Below are positions 53,995 through 64,000 of a DNA stretch of 64,000 bases, piece by piece. This DNA is from Takakia lepidozioides. Its lineage: Eukaryota > Plantae > Bryophyta. The position numbers and the translations under genes were made by a program. A model generated the notes under the pieces. It saw nothing but the letters and a program-made list of their open reading frames with translations, ran no database searches and was not told where the DNA came from. Location of the stretch: the NCBI GenBank assembly GCA_030704615.1, contig CM060732.1, positions 37,572,001 through 37,636,000 of the forward strand. The letters run 5' to 3'. Numbering within the stretch: position 1 is the first letter of the stretch; each line of letters begins with the position of its first letter.

Positions 53995-55630
53995 GCGTAT
54001 CCACCTTAAACTGTTACTGTCCGACACTCACAACATGGCTATCACATCCTTTCCAACGCCACCTTTACACGCCCCATCTCGATCCCCCTACATACCAAAA
54101 ACAAACAAAACATGGATTCCGGCCCCTCCACGCCCCATCCCGTCACTCAATATTACCCCATGTTGGAGCACCTTCAATTCATCTAGGCCCCACCTCTTTA
54201 AAATACCCCTCAACACATGCACACTACACAGATGGCTCCCTGCAAGCTGGCTCCTACGCCGGATATGGAGTCTACCACGCGGCCACTAACATTGGTACAG
54301 CCCACTGACTTCCAGGCCCGCAACCATTCTACGTGCCGAATTTATGGCCATCTACGAAGCCCTCTCCCAGCTACACGCATTCCCCTCACCACACTACATT
54401 TTTACAGACAGCTTAACTTCGCTCCTTCTCCTGCGAAACCACATAACCAGCCCATCATCCCACCATCACCACCCAGATCGTAATTTTATATCAACAATCA
54501 TCACTTTAGCCATCTCAATCAACCAACCCATTCAATTTCTTAAAGTACATTCATATACCGGAATCAACGGGAACGAGGAGGTTGACCTTCTTGCCCAACT
54601 AGGGGCCTCCAAACCCAGCAATCATCACTTTAGCCATCTCAATCAACCAACCCATTCAATTTCTTAAAGTACGCTCACATACTGGAATCAACGAGAATGA
54701 TGAGGCTGACCTCCTTGCCCAAATAGGGGCCTCCAAACCCCCAGTAGAACCCTCCACAGACCTCATCCACACTGCACATACACACCCTTTCTGGCTAATA
54801 CATCCAATTCCAAGCCCTCCCCAACCTAAACCTATTCGTAACCTTTGCTCTACTCTCTCTAAAGAAGCTAACAAACAAGCCGCTACATCTTTCAGTCATA
54901 CCAAACAACATATCCAAAAATGGACACACTCCACAGTACTCCATCATAAACTATCCAACCACTTCTGGCACACTAAAGCCGCTTCCGACGCACAAATCAA
55001 ACAAATACTTAAGTTTAGATTTGCCCAGTATATGGGGCACCAGCGTAAGCATACCTTCTGGCCAACCATTTTTACATCCCTACACTGTTCCATCTGCTCC
55101 CATATACATGCAGTACCTGACACTTAGCCACATATCCTTAGTAAATGCCCCCACCCAGTCTTGCATGGCCTTCATATCACTAGGCACAATCCAATTGTAT
55201 GGCACATCCACAAACTATTACAACGACATAAAGAAACCAGATGGTTCTCTCTCATCAATGCTGACACTTATCAAGGTAGACCCCCAGACCATACAGTACC
55301 ATCCTGGCTATTACCCTATATTTGCCAACCCCATGCTATATGTACATGTCTTGCTGGCTCTGCCCGGACATCCTCTTAGTTCAGGGACTTCCCATCAACG
55401 TCATTCCACTCTTTATTACCTACCCCACTAGTAATCATACACTTCTTCGAATTTACGTATTGCCATGACCGCTTCCCGCACACCTACATTCTCGAAAAAC
55501 GCCAGAAATACGCTCCGCTTATCCTTGTTATTCGCCGACGAGGGTGGGCCACGGGCCTACTCTCCGTCATCTCCGCAGGTACCAGAGGGGGCATATACAA
55601 CGACAGTATCTCAACACTTCAAGACTCCGA
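53995..55630 (+). mobile_element. Dualen-like LINE copy 2 (RNase H, CCHC knuckle, RLE), with an internal 124-bp tandem duplication
   Basis: HYTDGS, RAEFMAI, FTDS, KVHSYTGINGNEEVD; CSIC...HILSKC..HGLHITRHN; PDILLVQGLP...HFFEFTYCHDRF...EKRQKY...GW; collinear with copy 1. Confidence 0.82.
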
Positions 55631-56856
55631 CTTTGATAGGCTAGAAGTTGTACCTCGTTCTCCACCTGATTGAAAATTTTCTGTACTGTTAATTCTTGAG
55701 ACAGACTCATCTTTCAAGTTCTTGCCATAAGCCATAAGCCATCAGCTATAAGCAATCGGCTATCAGCAAGGGTCATTTGCCGAAGTGACAAAGCAAAAGC
55801 TTCATCAGCTAATAAACGAGTACGCATATTAAATTTATTTATTAAATTTTGTCGTGGTTTGTTGCAATTACATAGAAACCATGGTTTCAATAATAAATCA
55901 TAAACATTGCTTTAGTTTTTCAACATTGTTTTGTATACAATATAATAAGCTTGTTCGAAGTGCTTATTTTTCCAATACAATCGTTATTCTATTAGGAAAT
56001 GAGATGTATAGATCAATGTTGGTTTGGTATCTTGAATTGGAAATACCAGAAGGGTCCTGGTATGCAGTGCTGAATTTTTTTAAGGTAGGTAGGTTTTCCA
56101 ATAATGCAGCCCTTGATTTTTTTCAAGTATGAATCTGGTATGCATAGAGTGGTTTAAAAAAAAAAATCAATCCGGATATGAGCAATGGTATCTGAATGTC
56201 AATAACCTAGAAATATGAACTCGGATATGGTATTAAAAAAGTAATAAAATAAAAATGATACTAGTTAGTATTCAAATTCAAATTGAATATTGAAATGGCC
56301 ATTTGAACTATTCATATGACCATTTGAATATTCAAGAAAACCACAAGGGAAACTGCTCATCTCATAGGATACCAACCCCCATATTTACATGATACCCGAA
56401 CAAACCTGCAGCGACGCGTCGAGCTCTGGTAGGGGCCGGGGAAAGGAGAACCCTAACCGCCGCATGTTAGGGTTTGGGGGACCGCCAGGGAACTTGATAA
56501 CCTTCTGGTAGGGTACTACAAATGTTTACGGGGACAGAGAACAGTAGGTTAGGTTAGGAGAGACCCGGGTTGATACCCGATGAAACCCAGATACCAGACC
56601 AACACTGGTATAGATCCAGGTGGCCGAAAAGCCCAGATTTTGTAATGGAGCTGCAAATTGGGGCAGCATGTACAATGGTGTGATATACCCAACATTCATC
56701 ATCCATCATTCATGATACTCCAAAAAAATCAGATTGAGGGCAAAAGGTCAAACAAAACTTTTAATCACACATGCCCATGCAAACACTTGCAAACATGCAA
56801 ACTAATTTGTATTGCTTATGAATTAGTGAAGGTCTTTGTTTTGTAAGGCTGGACTA

Positions 56857-57205
56857 GAGAGAGAAGACTCCGGCCGAAGCCGGCGTTTCTAAGAGCCACT
56901 TCACCTTGCGGCTATTACCCCATTTCGGGGTGGGCCCTATAAAAAGAAATGTGTCTTGTGGGACACCAAGTGACCATAAAAAGTAGGGGAGTCTGTAGTA
57001 TCCCTGGGTACCCGGGGGTGCGTTTGAAGTGCTGGATTCGAGTTGACGTTTGTTGGTGATAATAGCTGTGAGTGAACAAAGTGCCGTGAGGTGAATTGCT
57101 TTGAAGCATTTGTGGATGGGAAGAGTGAGAATTTTGAAGTTATCATGTATGTCATTGATACTGGCGTTATGAATGCCGCCTTGGAGTACCCGCGATGATG
57201 ACGTG
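56857..57205 (-). mobile_element. 3'-terminal fragment of the Dualen-like LINE family
   Basis: GGIHNASINDI overlaps in homology with GGIYNDSISTL at the end of copy 2; continues CFKAIHLTALCSLTAIITNKRQLES to the 3' UTR, hairpin and (CT)n tail. Confidence 0.78.
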
Positions 57206-57886
57206 CAATCTTTCTCTCTTGTCGAGGCTCCGATCATTGTGCCAAGAAAGCCCACTTCCCTATTTGGGCTTTCCTATTTTTCGCGAATTTCCAGCGACCA
57301 GAAGTACTTGAAATTCTACATCTCCCGCATGTCCAAAAATCATGAGACCAAGCCCGTGCACCCTCTCCTCCTCGAGGGCTTTCCAATGATACCAAGCACA
57401 AGGGCTCGGGCCTCGCTTCTCAAATCTACAAAACAAAACAAACGTCTTGCTTCATAATATATTGATGTGACATAATTGGACATGGGGTCATAGTATAGCT
57501 GCCACCCAACGCTTCAAAGGGTTGGGCCCTTCACTTGTCAAAAGGGTTTGCCATATTGCACCTAGCTATTGTAGCTCTGATAGCGACATCTGGACTACAA
57601 ACCCAGGAATACTCCAGCATTCGGATGACGTTAAATAATGGCGACCAGTTGACCCTGATCACGGCTCGCCGGGTCGACCCTCTGAGCATTCTCTAATACT
57701 CAACCGCAAACGACAAAGTCCACACCTGTTTATATGAAGTGCTCTGTGCTGGCATGCCACCTCACCCTAGCGTGCACAAGGTGCTATGTCATAACCCTCG
57801 TGAATAGACTCAAAATGGCTCCGGTGCGCCCCCCAAGAAAATATCAAGCCACTTGAAATAGGCCATCTGGCGGAAGCAATTCCTAT

Positions 57887-58365
57887 ACGTGGCACAACGA
57901 AAGCGTGTCAGCTAAAAAAAGAAGACAGTGGTCGGTGTTGCGAGATTCTCAGTGGCTAGTGCCTTCGTTTTCGTGTTACCGATAATGTTCCCTCGACAGT
58001 CTAAAAGTTACAGTGTTGAATCGAAGGCGACTGATCAAGTAATCACGAATGGAATACAACACTTTGAATTTTGCAAACAACCGCGATCTGGACAGTTATG
58101 CTGTCGCGAAATGAGACTGGGAAGCTCAAGATGATCACGGGAAAATTTACTTCAGGCAGAGTGAGATTACAGATTTAGGTGACAAGACGATTCTCGGGGA
58201 GAGAGTCTGATGAGGATACAATGGTGGACCCCAGAAGGACAGGTTTCGGCTTCTCCTGCATTGTATGAATGGATCGACCAATCAGAGATTTGTCACCAAG
58301 TGGATTTCGCATATTCTGTCGGAGATGACAGCACATATTCCATTTTCCCATTTGCGAGGACACGT
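57887..58365. promoter_or_regulatory. Two ABRE/G-box-like elements upstream of the malic enzyme gene
   Basis: ACGTGGC at 57887-57893 and GACACGT (reverse complement ACGTGTC) at 58359-58365; motif match only. Confidence 0.3.
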
Positions 58366-59403
58366 AAGAAGCAGGAAGGATCCAAAATCAGTTCACCCAC
58401 AGGACGCTGACCTCCACAATCACTTCTACTAGTAATTACAGAAACATCAGTCGCATTGGAGCTCATTGCTGCTGCTCATGTGGGGATCTGACAGCTAGAG
58501 GAACTGTGAAGGTGTCAAAGAATCCACGTTTGTTGTTGTGAACGTGCTCTGTTGATCTGCAAGGTGTTGGAAGTTTGCTACTGGGAATAAAATCGTTGTC
58601 AGCTTTGTTGAGGTATGCATGGGAGAGCTTTGTCTTCCAGCTTGGATGTTGGGGATTGTTCGCATTATTTATGGTCCAGATAGTACAGGTGGATTTAAAT
58701 GTAGAACTGTGGGCAAGGCTAAAGTAATGAGATCGAAGTTGTGCTACAAGGTTGAGGGGTCATGCTAGACTATTTTTCCTATTACGATCTGCAAGGGTTG
58801 GAATTTTCAATTTCGGTTAATTGAATTTGGGCGAGAGGCGAAGAACAGTGCACAACATTGCTCCTGTCTGCAGTCAGAATGTGTTCTCTTCCTGATAAGG
58901 ACTGTGTTAGTCCCACCGGGTCCAAGAAACTCTGTAGTTTTCACTTGTCTTCTCAGCCGCTGCAAGAAGGTTAGGGAGCTTATGAGGAGCTCGCTACCAG
59001 GCCTTACCCATAGATGTATATATGTGTGAATGTGTGTCGAGAGGCAGGAGAAGAGGCAGAGGGGAAAGAAAGAAAATGATTATCTTCCAATTTGGCTGTT
59101 GATTAACGCCGCGAAATTTTTCTCCCAAAGCCACGACATCGTTTAAGATCTGCAAGTGAGGGAAAGACCTCGCAGATTTTACTAATGCCCTGTCGTTTGC
59201 AGTACTCTTAGAACTAGGCAGCTAGAACTGTGCTCGAAAATGAAGCCGAGATCCAGAAATCAACTTCTCTTCTCGCATGTATGAAACTACAAGGAGGATT
59301 TGTGCGTGCCCTGTTGGTTAAATAAGTGTTCTCCTCAGCTTGTCAGAGGAGGGCTTTACCTAACTTTTGCATTCAATGGGTGCACAGGATCACTTTTACC
59401 ACC

Positions 59404-63892
<4,489 letters not shown>

Positions 63893-64000
63893 GTAAGCCC
63901 AGTCCTCGGTTTCCTTGCCAACTATCAGTTCAGAAGTAACTGTATATATAGATGATATGGTTGGTTGTAACCAGTTGTTGTATCCACTTCATTTTGACAA

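Noticed and set aside
56060-56612. MITE/hAT-like element with CAGTG-type ends
   Set aside because: Ends match only loosely and no 8-bp TSD is visible

Overview
Eukaryotic nuclear DNA from a land plant. A non-seed plant, probably a bryophyte, is inferred from gene content, short GT-AG introns, PLS-PPR relics and the repeat landscape, but is not proven. Host genes: the 3' part of plastid PPR-SMR gene pTAC2 (+), a convergent OTP51-like PPR-LAGLIDADG gene (-) with a very long RGG-rich N-terminal region, 40S ribosomal protein S3 (-), an SD2-type G-lectin receptor kinase (+), an intronless secreted GNA/bulb-type lectin (-) and the 5' part of an NADP-malic enzyme (+). Intergenic DNA is TE-rich. The main discovery candidate is a non-LTR retrotransposon family seen in five fragments. 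Its reconstructed order is post-RT region, chromodomain-like motif, PCIF1/Dam-like N6-adenine-methyltransferase-fold region, RNase H, CCHC knuckle and restriction-like endonuclease (Dualen/RandI-like). Its 3' end has a conserved hairpin (UUCG tetraloop in one copy) and a (CT)n tail, and one 75-bp copy has a 10-bp target-site duplication. The longest copy is split by a non-autonomous CACTA element. Separately, a decayed L1/Tx1-type LINE runs in frame from its RT into the C-terminal motifs of a C5-cytosine methyltransferase. All domain calls come from reading motifs by eye; no searches were run.
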